This document shows, in pieces, positions 14,041-25,189 of a stretch of DNA of 64,000 nucleotides (position 1 is the stretch's first letter; each line of letters begins with the position of its first letter). Below the pieces are notes generated by a model that searched no databases, was not told where the DNA came from, and saw only the letters and a list, made by a program, of their open reading frames with translations. Source of the DNA: Octopus vulgaris (Eukaryota); the NCBI GenBank assembly GCA_951406725.2, contig OX597834.1:18600001-18664000 (forward strand). Reading direction: 5' to 3'. Both the position numbers and the translations under genes were made by a program.

Positions 14041-14252
14041 TTCTTCCAGGGGATCTAATGCGCTTGGCTTAGATTTCCCTTGGCGGGCTGCCCAAATCGG
14101 AGCAATCTCAAGATTAATCAGCCGAAATTGCTAAGATGATCTGGTTCTTGACTGATGACTGAGGGCTTCGAATGTCCCGTCCTGTGGTTCTTGTGTCGTC
14201 TCTTTGGTGTTTCATGTTCTTGTCCATGTCTGTAATTATTTTTACTGTTTAC
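14041..14252 (+). mobile_element. Unclassified repeat flanked by (TA)n, homologous to 60550-60960 (-)
   Basis: Shared blocks ttcttcca.gg, caatctc, cagccgaaattgc.aagat.atctgg, gactga.ga and cgaatg.cc.gtcct. Confidence 0.65.
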
Positions 14253-14701
14253 ATATATATATATATATATATATCTTTCTCTCTCTCTATTTATCTGCGT
14301 ATGTGTGTATGTGTGTGTGTGTGAGTGTATATTTTACTTTACCCACATCGGAAGGATGAAGCAAAAGTTGCCCGCAGTGGTGTTTGAACTCAGAACGTAA
14401 AGAACAGGAAGGAAAATACCACCGCGAATAATATTTACAGACTCTCTCTCTCTAACAAACAATAATAGCCACCACGAGCCAACGTGACTGCATATACGAG
14501 GTTGGTATAAGGGTTTAAAATGATCTTTATATAAAAACTAATGGAACATTTACAACAACTTGTGTTTCATGTCCGAATGGCTAGTTCTGCATGGGTTAAA
14601 AGTAATGTTTCCCCAGCACACGATGAAACTGAAGTTGTTGCTGATATCCTATTAGTTATTGTACAAACGCCACTACACACACACGCATGCACACAAACAC
14701 A

Positions 14702-14743
<42 letters not shown>

Positions 14744-14940
14744 CTCACACACACACACAGACACAGAACACACACACGCATCAGTATTTGTATTTGTGGT
14801 TGAACAAACAAAAAAAAAAGGAAAAGTACTCAATACATGTAGTGGAGTATATCCATTCCTTCCCACCCATTCCTTCGCTACCTCTGACGTGATGTGGAAC
14901 TCTGAGTAGCAACGACGGTAATTATCGTCTTCGAACGAAT

Positions 14941-15034
<94 letters not shown>

Positions 15035-15236
15035 GAGTAGGTAGTTAAGTTGATGGGCAGCTAAAAATGTGGATGACTAGGTAGGCAGACAGATTATTTA
15101 ATAGATAAAATGATTGAAAGATTAACAGAGAGTTGGATATTGATTCAAAGATAGAAAGAAAAATATGGATAAAGCGGAAGAAAAAAGAAGCACAGTCAGA
15201 AAGACTATTAAATGCCTGCAAGTATATGTATGTATG

Positions 15237-15270
<34 letters not shown>

Positions 15271-15272
15271 TA

Positions 15273-15349
15273 CCGTATTTACTCGTGTTTAAGGTCACAC
15301 CCCAGCATTTTCAGTAAAAATCGCGTGACTTATACACGAGTAGGTACAG
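15273..15349. mobile_element. Tiny pogo-type MITE
   Basis: ccgtatttactcgtgtttaag ... cttatacacgagtaggtacag imperfect TIRs after TA. Confidence 0.55.
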
Positions 15350-15555
15350 TGCATATATATATATTTTAGAGTCAGGTTTTGGCTGCTATTTCCAGCGTGA
15401 CGGTATCTCTAAGATACCCTAAATTATAATTTTGATAATAATTATTACTTTTGAAGGTTCTTATTCCTATGCTGGCCACTTGATAAGATCGATATTTAAA
15501 TTAACGATCTTATCCTTATATATATATATACATATATATATATACATATATTGTT

Positions 15556-15696
15556 TATTCTTTTACAGGGCTTAGAAAAACTGACGGACCGTTGCAATAA
15601 GTTTGTGAATCTGAGAGAGGAATATGTTTAATAAAATCATAATTAACTGATCCTCCTTTTTGTTTGCCAGGAACTTTCCAGCACACCGCCACCGTA
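15556..15696 (+). mobile_element. Mariner 3' terminal fragment
   Basis: [20 protein letters not shown] resembles the mariner C-terminus; TIR-like end gaactttccagcacaccgccaccg|ta. Confidence 0.65.
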
Positions 15697-15701
15697 CATA
15701 C

Positions 15702-15783
<82 letters not shown>

Positions 15784-15921
15784 ATATATATATACATATA
15801 TACATATGTATATATACATATATACCGGAGTAAACACATAAATGTGAAACAAGGTGGAAAAAAGAGTACTCAAATACCAGTGGTAGAGTAATATGCTTTA
15901 TTTAAAGCAGCAGAAATTCAA

Positions 15922-15971
15922 CAAAATCTGTTACTCTGAGTTTCTCGTTGCCGTTCATCAGACAGTTTTTG
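15922..15971 (-). ncRNA. Minimal type-I hammerhead ribozyme motif
   Basis: Exact reverse complement of the motif at 15992-16041. Confidence 0.7.
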
Positions 15972-15991
15972 CTATATCGGTTCCATTCTAG

Positions 15992-16041
15992 CAAAAACTG
16001 TCTGATGAACGGCAACGAGAAACTCAGAGTAACAGATTTTG
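15992..16041 (+). ncRNA. Minimal type-I hammerhead ribozyme motif
   Basis: Stem I caaaa-a-ctgt/acag-a-ttttg; core CTGATGA (16002-16008); short stem II cg-GCAA-cg; GAAA (16019-16022); near-palindromic stem III ACTC-A-GAGT; cleavage triplet GTA (16029-16031). Confidence 0.7.
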
Positions 16042-16091
16042 TTGAATTTTCTGCTGCTTTAAATAAAGTATATACATATATATATATATAC

Positions 16092-16181
<90 letters not shown>

Positions 16182-16324
16182 GTATAGACACAGACAGACA
16201 GACACACACACACACACACACACACTTTACACGCTTACAAACAAGCATCTAAGTATGTCATAATATTGTATAAATGCAGACGACATCCACCAAAGTCTTC
16301 CACGGTTTCACTTCTTTTGCTTAC

Positions 16325-16372
16325 CTTGCGGTCCTGGTCGTCTAATTTGATCTGAGAGAACGCCGTTGGAAT
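16325..16372 (-). CDS. Internal 48-nt exon (IPTAFSQIKLDDQDRK in phase 0)
   Basis: Branch-point ctaac, poly-T tract, cctgcag| acceptor and AAG|gtaagc donor; open frame, phase-compatible with upstream exons. Confidence 0.8.
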
Positions 16373-17382
16373 CTGCAGGAATATAAAAAAAAAAAGAGTT
16401 AGACGCATCATCATAGTTTATTGTATTAGAACCAAGTCGATGACATCACTATTTTTAGCTAATATACGAGTAATGATATATGACCGAATTACTTAAATGT
16501 TTATAACTCAATATAAGCAATCTCTTATGATAAAGGTAAATAATCGCCGAGGTCGACTTTGCCTTTCATCCTTTTGGGGTCGATAAATTAAGTACCAGTT
16601 ACGTATTGGACTCGATCTCATTGACTGGCCCCCTCCCCACAAAAATTTCGGGCCTTGTGCCTAGAGTAGAAAGGAATAAATTGTAAATAAGGCGAGCCGA
16701 CGGGAATGTCTCTGCCACGGTTGCAAGACTCGCTAGAAACGCTAGCCAAATGTCCCAAATAACAACCACGCCGCCAAAATGGAAGGACCCCCTTCCGGCA
16801 ATGCAGTTGAAGATGTATAGGAATATAGAATGGCCACGGTTGAGTTGTTATTAGTCCCATCAGGCTGCTCTTTCGCCAGACCACCACCACCACCACCATC
16901 ACCACCATCATCAGCATCACCAGCAGCTCCACTACTACCTCACTCCAGCCCACTCGGCCGTAAATGGTCACCGACAACAACCCTTGTTCGGTTGCACGCT
17001 TTGTCCTTGAGCAAGTCATTTCACACTGCTTAAGCCTAACTCGCCTGTAAATAAGTATTCACAACAATATCTGTAGATCAATCCACCGACGGAGTGGCCT
17101 CTCATTCAGGATGGGGTCGAGAACCCCTAAAGCCACAATTGCTTAAACACTAACCAAAAAACAAAGGATAAGCTCCGGCCTAATGGGTCTGAAGTCTCCA
17201 GACAGGATTTAACTTCAATCTGTTTTATTTTTCTCAGGCGACGAGCTTGGCAGAATCGTTAGCACGTCAGGCAAAATGCTAAGCTGTATTACATCCGCTT
17301 GACGTTCTTAGTTCAAATTTCGCCGGGGTCGATTTTGTCTTTTATCCTTTCGGAGTCGTTAAAACAAATGCCTTTTGAACAC

Positions 17383-17595
17383 TTCTTCTTAGGCCTCTTG
17401 ATTCCTCGGGGAACATAGGGTCCGAACAACATTTTTCTAACGGACTCGGTTCTGGAGGATCCTCTTCAGCTCGGCCCATGTCATTCTAGCTGCTCTCACC
17501 TCTAGCGTCGAAACTCCTGCGCCAAAACTGTTTTGGCCGGCCCACTTAGCTTCCCCTTTGGGTTGCAGTCAAAGGCTTGCTTGGTTACATTTGGC
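17383..17595 (-). mobile_element. RTE LINE 3' end
   Basis: NVTKQAFDCNPKGK..GRPKQFWRR..MTWAELKRILQNRVR..LCSPRNQEA* with an (AAG)n tail. Confidence 0.75.
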
Positions 17596-18719
17596 ATTAA
17601 GTTCGATGTAATCGACTTACCCCCGCTCCTGTTTGCCCCTGTATCAAAATTAAAAATCAATTTATCTAATTTTTCTTGATTATCTGCAACGGTGCATAGG
17701 GCTGCTTTCTGGATAGTTCTTGTGGAATATCGGTTTTACTATGAGATGTGGTTGCAGAATTCAATCTCTCTTCAATCCAGGAGAAAGGAGACATTGTGAA
17801 CCTTCATCAAGAAGCACCAAAGAAAAGCTCATGAAAGAGAGAGAGAGAGAGAGAGAGAGAAGTGGAGGAGGAGGAGGGGAGAGAGGAAGTAGAAACCATT
17901 CCAATATTTCGCTGTTCTTTTGTATGTGTGTGTGAAGGGTGGATGTGTATGTTTGTGTATGTACGTGTTGTGAAGACGCGTGGCTTAGTGGTCAAGTTAT
18001 TTTTTCAGAGTCTCCAACAATTTTGCAGATGCACTGCTCTTCTTGACAGGGATTTCTAGCACAGGTCCCAGGCTACGCATTTTAATGGGCGGAAATAGTC
18101 TATTTAAATCGACCCCAGTACATGAACTGCGCTTATTTGATAAAGCCCTAAAAAGTACGAAACACTCAGTTGACCACGGCTGGTTTCGAACTCTGGATGT
18201 AAATAGTAGCGGGGTTGGGGGCGATGGGGTTGATGAGGGCGATGAAATTGCCGGGGGCGACGGGGTTGATGGGAGTGATGGTGATGAAAGGGGCGATTTG
18301 GGCGATGAGGACGAGGAGGGGACCCTGGTGATGTTTTTATGGGGATGGGTGTGGAGGCACTTTTGTGACTTTTGTGATTGTACAAACTTGGTGACTCCAG
18401 TTTGGTGTGTGTGGGGGTGGGCGGGGATGGAGTGGTAAACTTAAGGCTGCTCTTGGTGGCATAAACTCTCTGGCTACAGGACTGCTTATGAAGGATTGTT
18501 ACTCAGTAAACAATGATGTGACGAGAAACCTCTCTACAAGGCCGTTCGATCTGCTGAAATAGCAGCGAAATATATTTCATATAATAAATATTGAAGGTTG
18601 CACTTAAGAATATATAGTCCTGCTATTTCTTGATATACCAAAAAACACACACACACACGTACACACACACACACACACACAAACACACACAAACACACAC
18701 ACACACGCACCCACTCACC

Positions 18720-18752
<33 letters not shown>

Positions 18753-18764
18753 TCACAAACACAC

Positions 18765-18832
<68 letters not shown>

Positions 18833-19122
18833 TTATTGTTTATTCTTTCTCTTCTTCCTAAAACAAACGCAATCATCGTTAAAACAGGAAATCAGCCATC
18901 AACTATTAATATACGACAGCGTGACACACAAGCACGCACGCACACATCAACACACACATACGTATATGCCAAAACATACAAACATACACATACTATAAAA
19001 CATACACACACACACACACACAGTATAACCAAAATGTGCAATAAACACATACGCTTTGCAAACATACGCCCAACTGAACGACACGTATTCGCCTCACACC
19101 ACTCACATACACACGCACGCAC

Positions 19123-19163
<41 letters not shown>

Positions 19164-19340
19164 ATACTAAGTGCGTACACACATTCAGACAACAAACACA
19201 TACTGCAGACGTACGCCCACAATAGAACAACAGACAAGCATTCATATAACAAGCACACACACACCCTCGTATCACAATGATATACACACACACACGCACA
19301 CGCACACGCACACACACATACACACACTCACTCATGCACA

Positions 19341-19440
19341 AGGGATTCTCGGCCATTTTTTTTTTACCTATGGACCCCTTTGATTATTATTTTATTCTGG
19401 TGGACCCCCACAACCATTCGATGCTTAAAAACTAGCTTTA
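19341..19440 (+). mobile_element. hAT-type MITE fragment (same family as 24916-25178)
   Basis: ccatttttttttt.cctatggacccctttga.. matches the 5' part of the family. Confidence 0.6.
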
Positions 19441-19441
19441 T

Positions 19442-19601
19442 AGGCGCAGGCGTGGCTGTGTGGTAAGAAGCTCGGTTGCTAACCACATGGTTCCGGTTTC
19501 AGCCCCACTGCATGGCACCTTGGGCAAGTATCTTCTACAGGGTCCGGCCGACCAAAGCCTTGTGAGTAGATTTGGTAGACAGGACCTGAAAGAAGTCCGT
19601 C

Positions 19602-19679
<78 letters not shown>

Positions 19680-20230
19680 AGGCGCAATGACCCAGTGGTT
19701 AGGGCAGCGAACTCGCGGTTGTAGGATCACGGTTTCGATTCCCAGACCGGGCGTTGTGAGTGTTTATTGAGCGAAAACACCTAAAGCTCCACGATGCCCC
19801 GGCAGGGAGGTGGCGATCCCTGCTGTACTCTTTCGCCACAACTTTCTCTCACTCTTTCTTCTGTAGGCCTGCTCGCTTAGCCAGCGGGGTGGCGTCATCT
19901 GAAGGCTAAATCAATGCGAAGCGCATTGTGACGAGCGATGTATAGCAACATCTGATAGCCTGGTCGGTCACGGTGATCACGGTGATATATATATATATAC
20001 GTATGTATATATCTATGTGTGCGTAGCTTTGTGTTTATATTGTCCCTCCCCCATTATCGATAGCCAACCGATGTTGGTGTGTTTATGTCTCCGTAACTTA
20101 GCGGTTCGATAGAATAAGTACCAGGCTTACAAAGAGTAAGTCCTGGGTTGATCTCTTCGACTAAAAAGCTCCTTAAGGTAGTACTCCAGCATGACCGAGC
20201 CAAATAACAAAAACAAATAAAAGAATAAAA
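19442..20230 (+). mobile_element. SINE family B interrupted by SINE family C
   Basis: Head at 19442, internal (TA)(TG) microsatellite, 3' half resumes at ~20020. Confidence 0.85.
19677..19985 (+). mobile_element. SINE family C (tail type 2)
   Basis: tggaggcgcaatgacccagtggttagggc...ggtttcgattccc head; tail gcctgctcgcttagccagcgggg...cacggtgatcacggtga. Confidence 0.9.
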
Positions 20231-20364
20231 AAATAGAAACCTCTTTCCAAATCCCTGTTTTGTTTTTTAAAAAAAGTCAAAGGCTGCCTATGGGATACGA
20301 ACCTACAACTCCTGTAGACAGGCAGCCTTCAACTTTTTATCAACCCTATATTTACGGGATATTA

Positions 20365-20800
20365 AAGGTGGCCTGCAAGTAGAATTGTTAGCACGGTGGG
20401 TGAAATGCTTAGCACCATTTCGTCTCTCTTTATGTTCTGAGTTCAAATTCTGCCGAGATCCACTGTGTCTTTCATCCTTTCGGGGTCGATAAATTAAGTA
20501 CCAGTTGAGTACTGGGGTCGATGCAATCGACTCAGCCACCGCCCCCGAAATTGCTGGCCTTGTGCTAAACATTTTAAACCTATATTTACGTGCTATCAAA
20601 TAGGCGAGATGGCCGAATCGTTAGCACGCCGGGCAAAATGCTTAGCACAATTTTTGTCCGTCTTTACGTTCTGAGTTCAAATTCCGGCGTGGTCGACTTT
20701 GCTTTTCATCCTTTCTGAGTCGATCAAATAATTACCAGTTGAATACTGGGGTTGATGTAATCGACTTACCCCAAATTTTGAAGCCAATATTTCGTGTTGT
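20365..20800 (+). mobile_element. Two SINE family A copies
   Basis: Two head-plus-body units. Confidence 0.85.
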
Positions 20801-22169
20801 TATTATTTACAGCTTTATATTCTTGACAATCTATTATTCCAAAAATTCTTATGACGTCAGCAACAAGAGTGTATGTCTATTTATTGTTTATTTGTGAGCA
20901 TGTAATCACATATATACATTCTATGTGTACATGTGATTAATGTGCTTACGTCCACCTAAGCTTGTATGCTGACTGAGATATATTAATAGTTACTTGTTTC
21001 ACTTCCTATGATTTAAATTATTGCGTTGTTTTAGAAAGAGAAAAGCAGAGAGAAAAATGGACAACATCATGAAAGGGGCTTCAATCTTTAATCAGCTCCA
21101 TCATATATTCCCGTTGACTGATCATCAACAACACTAATTTATTCATGTGTGTGATTGATTGAGTGATTGGTTTAAAAGTTTTGCCAATGGCATCATCGAC
21201 GATTGAGACAAAAACTACTCGGATTGTATAAGTTGCAGGGTCGCATCCCGTCACAGCTATTGATCCGAGGCCCATGGCTCATATGCTTAACAAACAAAGC
21301 CAAGCTTGTAATACGGTGCGAGGGAGCAGAATGAAGTGTTTTTACTGTATTTTTCACTTTAAGAGGAAATATATTCTTTACAAATGTTCACTACCTTGCA
21401 AAAACTATATCAGCTAAGCAAATGGGCTTCCCTTAATGCATTAAAAGCAATATAATATAATCTGATCGTTATTTCAGAAAATTATCGCCGGTCGCTTTGA
21501 GCATATGAAAGACAAATTTGCCTTGGACAAAATCAGTAAAACAAGATTAGGTAAATTTGCCACTTCAGTTCTCCAGAAAACAGACTCATACGCATCAATA
21601 TCTATCTCTAGACAGGGCGACGAGCTGGTATAATCGTTAGCACGCCGGGCGAAATGCGTAGCCGTATTTCGTCTGCCGTTACGTTCTGAGTTCAAATTCC
21701 GCCGAGGTCGACTTTGCCTTTCATCCTTGTTTGTCTGTCCTTGTTTGCCCCCTTATGTTTAGCCCCCTGTGGGCAATATATAAATAAATATCTCTCTATA
21801 GTCATCAGATGGATCAGAAATGCAACAAAAATTTAAAATATCTAGCTCAAATGAAAGAAGATGAGGAAAAAATCGCACGTGATATGAAATTAACAAAACT
21901 CAAATTACATTAAAAAAACCCAACCCCCACTCCCCCAAAAAACTTCACATAACATTCTCTATAGCTCCTTCACGATCTTTTGGAGTGTCTCTCTTCGTGA
22001 TATAATTATGCTCCATGCAATTGCTGAAAGTAGTTGTAACTCAATCTAACCCATTTTAGACCTCATATTTTGAAACTTGAAAAGTATCAAGTTAGACATT
22101 ACTGTGGGGGAAAAATTGACCCAAAATCTAACAGAGAAAAGAATATTGATTGTTAAACAGAAAAAAAAT

Positions 22170-22347
22170 CAGTTCTATATTTAAGAGATGAGGAATTATG
22201 TACATTATTTACATTATTTATATTTGACAGATATGTGTTCTCATCTTGTTTGTTAACACAACGTTTCGGCTGATATACCCTCTAGCCTTCATCAGGTGTC
22301 TTGGGGAAATTTCGAACCTGGGTTCTCATTCCTAAGGTATTTTTCGA

Positions 22348-22409
<62 letters not shown>

Positions 22410-22480
22410 TCACTGCCTGGAATCGAACTCGGAATCTTGGGGTTAGTAGCCCGCACTCTTAACCACTATATCATATGCCC
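22170..22480 (-). mobile_element. Composite non-autonomous retroelement: tRNA-derived head + (AAT)n + hammerhead-containing PLE-like 3' region
   Basis: Minus strand 22480-22408 GGGCATATGATATAGTGGTTAAGAGTGCGGGCTACTAACCCCAAGATTCCGAGTTCGATTCCAGGCAGTGACC carries A- and B-box-like motifs; followed by (AAT)n and the HHR at 22255-22300. Confidence 0.75.
22255..22300 (-). ncRNA. Minimal type-I hammerhead ribozyme motif
   Basis: Minus strand gacac-CTGATGA-a-ggct...agcc-GAAACGTT-gtgtt: 5-bp stem I, 4-bp stem II, palindromic ACGT stem III, GTT cleavage triplet. Confidence 0.75.
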
Positions 22481-22485
22481 GTGGC

Positions 22486-22772
22486 ATACAAACAAGAAAA
22501 TAGTATTTCAAATGGTAGTACGGCCGTGAAAACAGTAGAAAGATTGAGAATTTTATCCTTATATGACGGGATAAGTTGTCTGCAAACAGCCACAATAGCT
22601 TTGCCTTATTATTAGGGTCATAGGTTTACATCGACTACAATTCCTGAAGGCCACGTAGAATCGGTAGAATTTTTTCAAAAGGAATAATGATAGATAAAAG
22701 TACGAAGAATGAGTCATCGGCTGCGTGACGCTCGGGAGCTTTTGAAATGGAAACCTGAAGGACGTAATTAAA
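22486..22772. repeat. ~290-bp unique-looking sequence, copy 1
   Basis: Collinear direct repeat of 24571-24859. Confidence 0.9.
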
Positions 22773-23152
22773 TACAAAAAAAATGTCCAGATTTTTTATT
22801 ATCAAACTCAATTACAATTGGATCAAAGTTGAGGAAAAAAATTTTTTGAAAAAAAGAACCTGTCACCTGACTATGTTTCAGATTCTCTCGACTTCAACAA
22901 CAACAACAATAATGCTGACCCACTGTTACTCCTGAAGATGCTGCAGCTGTACAAAGTGGCAATGCAATGCTTGCAATGTTATGGTTTCGAAGATGTTGGG
23001 AGAAAATGAATGAGAGATTCAGAAGTTACTCATTTTACCCCGCTTACTAATTCCGCTCCCCGCCCTCATACAAAAGTTTGGTAAGTGGAATGCACAGAAC
23101 ACTGGACACTCGGGTCACTTTCGTACGTTTCAGCCGATTAACAACAATAACA

Positions 23153-23215
<63 letters not shown>

Positions 23216-23520
23216 TACATACATACATACATACATACATACATACATACACACATACATACATACATACATACATACATACATACATACGCCGGGCGAA
23301 ATGCTTAGAAGTATTTCGTTTGTCACTATGTTCTGAGTTCAAATTCCGCCGAGGTCGACTTTGCCTTTCATCCTTTCGGGGTCGATAAATTAAGTACCAG
23401 TTACGCCCTGGGGTCGATGTAATCGACATAATCCGTTTGTCCCCTCTGTGTTTAGCCCCTTGTGGGCAGTAGTGTAATACATATATATATATACAATATA
23501 AATATATATATATATGTATG

Positions 23521-23551
<31 letters not shown>

Positions 23552-24172
23552 GTGTGTGTGTGCGTGTGTTTGTGTGCAAATACACACAGACATAATTGGG
23601 ACTGTTACAATATTCTACATGTTTACAAATGCAATACGCAATTCACTTAATTTATTTTGCTGCTGCTGCTGCTACTACTACTACTACTGCTGCTACTGCT
23701 ACTGCTGCTGCTACTGCTGCTGCTGCTGCTGCCTGTTGTTGTTTTCGTCGGGATTTAAATCGCGGAGGAAGCAAAACGAAGAGTTCCAAGCAAAAAGTCA
23801 AGAAGACATCTTTGTTTTGTTTTCGATGGAAAGCCGCAAAGGCGGGAAAAGCCATTAACGTCTGTATTGGGCATCAAAGAATGGTGGAAATCGCGGAGAA
23901 TCGATATATTTTATGTTCTCTGTTATTAGATCAAATCGCCCAGCTTCCTGCATTCTGTTTGTGTGTGTGTTTGCGTGCGTTCGTGTGTGAGCGTGTATGA
24001 CTATATGCGTGTGTGATTGTGTGAGTGTATGTGATTACGTGTGTGTGATTGTGTGCGCCTGTGTGTGTATGTATGACTGCGTGTGTATGCGATTGAGTGT
24101 GTGTGTGTTTTCCATTTTACGAAAATGTCAACATTCGTTTTGAGCAAAAATTTCTCCCCCACTCTCTCACCA

Positions 24173-24238
<66 letters not shown>

Positions 24239-24570
24239 CCTGCGTGCGCGCACATCGTGCCCCTCTGGCTGAAATCAATGAAATAATACCCAAACACGCG
24301 CACGCACGCACACACACACGCACACACACACACACACACATATTTATGCTTGGTTCCATGTGTGTGATTGTGTCTTTTTATGTAGTGTGTATTGCAAACA
24401 AAATTTTTCAATATTTCTACAAAACCATACATCATTGAATTAGTGAATCAATTTACACGTTTAGCAGTTGAGATGCCAAACACCTCTTGCCATGTTTCGA
24501 TATTCCAGCAAAGTAAATAACAGCATAACAATAAAGATAACAAACTCAGAAAAACAACCCAACAAATAAC

Positions 24571-24859
24571 ATACAAACAAGAAAGTAATATTTCAAATGG
24601 CAGTACGGCCGTGAAAACAGTAGAAAGATTTAGAATTTTATCCTTATATGACGGGATAAGTTGTCAGCAGACAGCTACAATAGCTTTGCCTTATTATTAG
24701 GTTCACAGGTTTACATCGACTACAATTCCTGAAGGCCACGTAGAATCGGTAGAAGTTATTCAAAAGGAATAATGATAGGTAAAAGTACAAAGAATGAGTC
24801 ATCGGCTGCGTGACGCTCGGCTGCTTTTGAAGCGAAAACCTGAAGGACGTAACGAAATA
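24571..24859. repeat. ~290-bp unique-looking sequence, copy 2
   Basis: Collinear direct repeat of 22486-22772, roughly 90% identical by eye. Confidence 0.9.
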
Positions 24860-24915
24860 TTTCAATTTATTTTACGCGGAACTCTACTGGTTCTGCAAGC
24901 TTAATTGCTACAAAT

Positions 24916-25178
24916 CAGTGGTTCTCAACCATTTTTTTTTTAACCTATGGACCCCTTTAATCTCCATTTTACTCAGATGGGCCCTCATAACCATGTGATG
25001 TTTAAAAACATCCTACTATATTTTTAAATATTATAAGGGATTGTATGAAAAAATTGCGGAAGTAGAACCAATTTATTGCATATAAATTTTAACTACATCT
25101 TGTATGGACCTCGGTTTAAGTACATCTTGTATGAACCTTGTGTGGACATTTTGTAAGGACATCTTGTATGAACCACTG
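24916..25178. mobile_element. hAT (Charlie-like) MITE
   Basis: TIRs cagtggttc...gaaccactg; 8-bp TSD ctacaaat/ctataaat (7/8). Confidence 0.85.
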
Positions 25179-25189
25179 CTATAAATAAT

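Larger units (their letters stand above)
15826..16073. mobile_element. Inverted PLE terminal-repeat (pLTR-like) fragment forming an ~84-bp hairpin
   Basis: Arms 15891-15974 and 15989-16073 differ by one substitution and one indel; 14-nt spacer. Each arm holds an HHR motif and AATAAA; embedded in (TA)n. Confidence 0.75.

Noticed and set aside
18043-18438. 131-aa acidic Gly/Asp-rich ORF
   Set aside because: It starts inside a SINE remnant and continues through a G-rich ggcgatg low-complexity repeat, with no splice or domain support.
22408-22480. Possible tRNA-Ser(ACT) gene
   Set aside because: The acceptor stem does not pair and the anticodon is atypical; treated as a SINE-type head.
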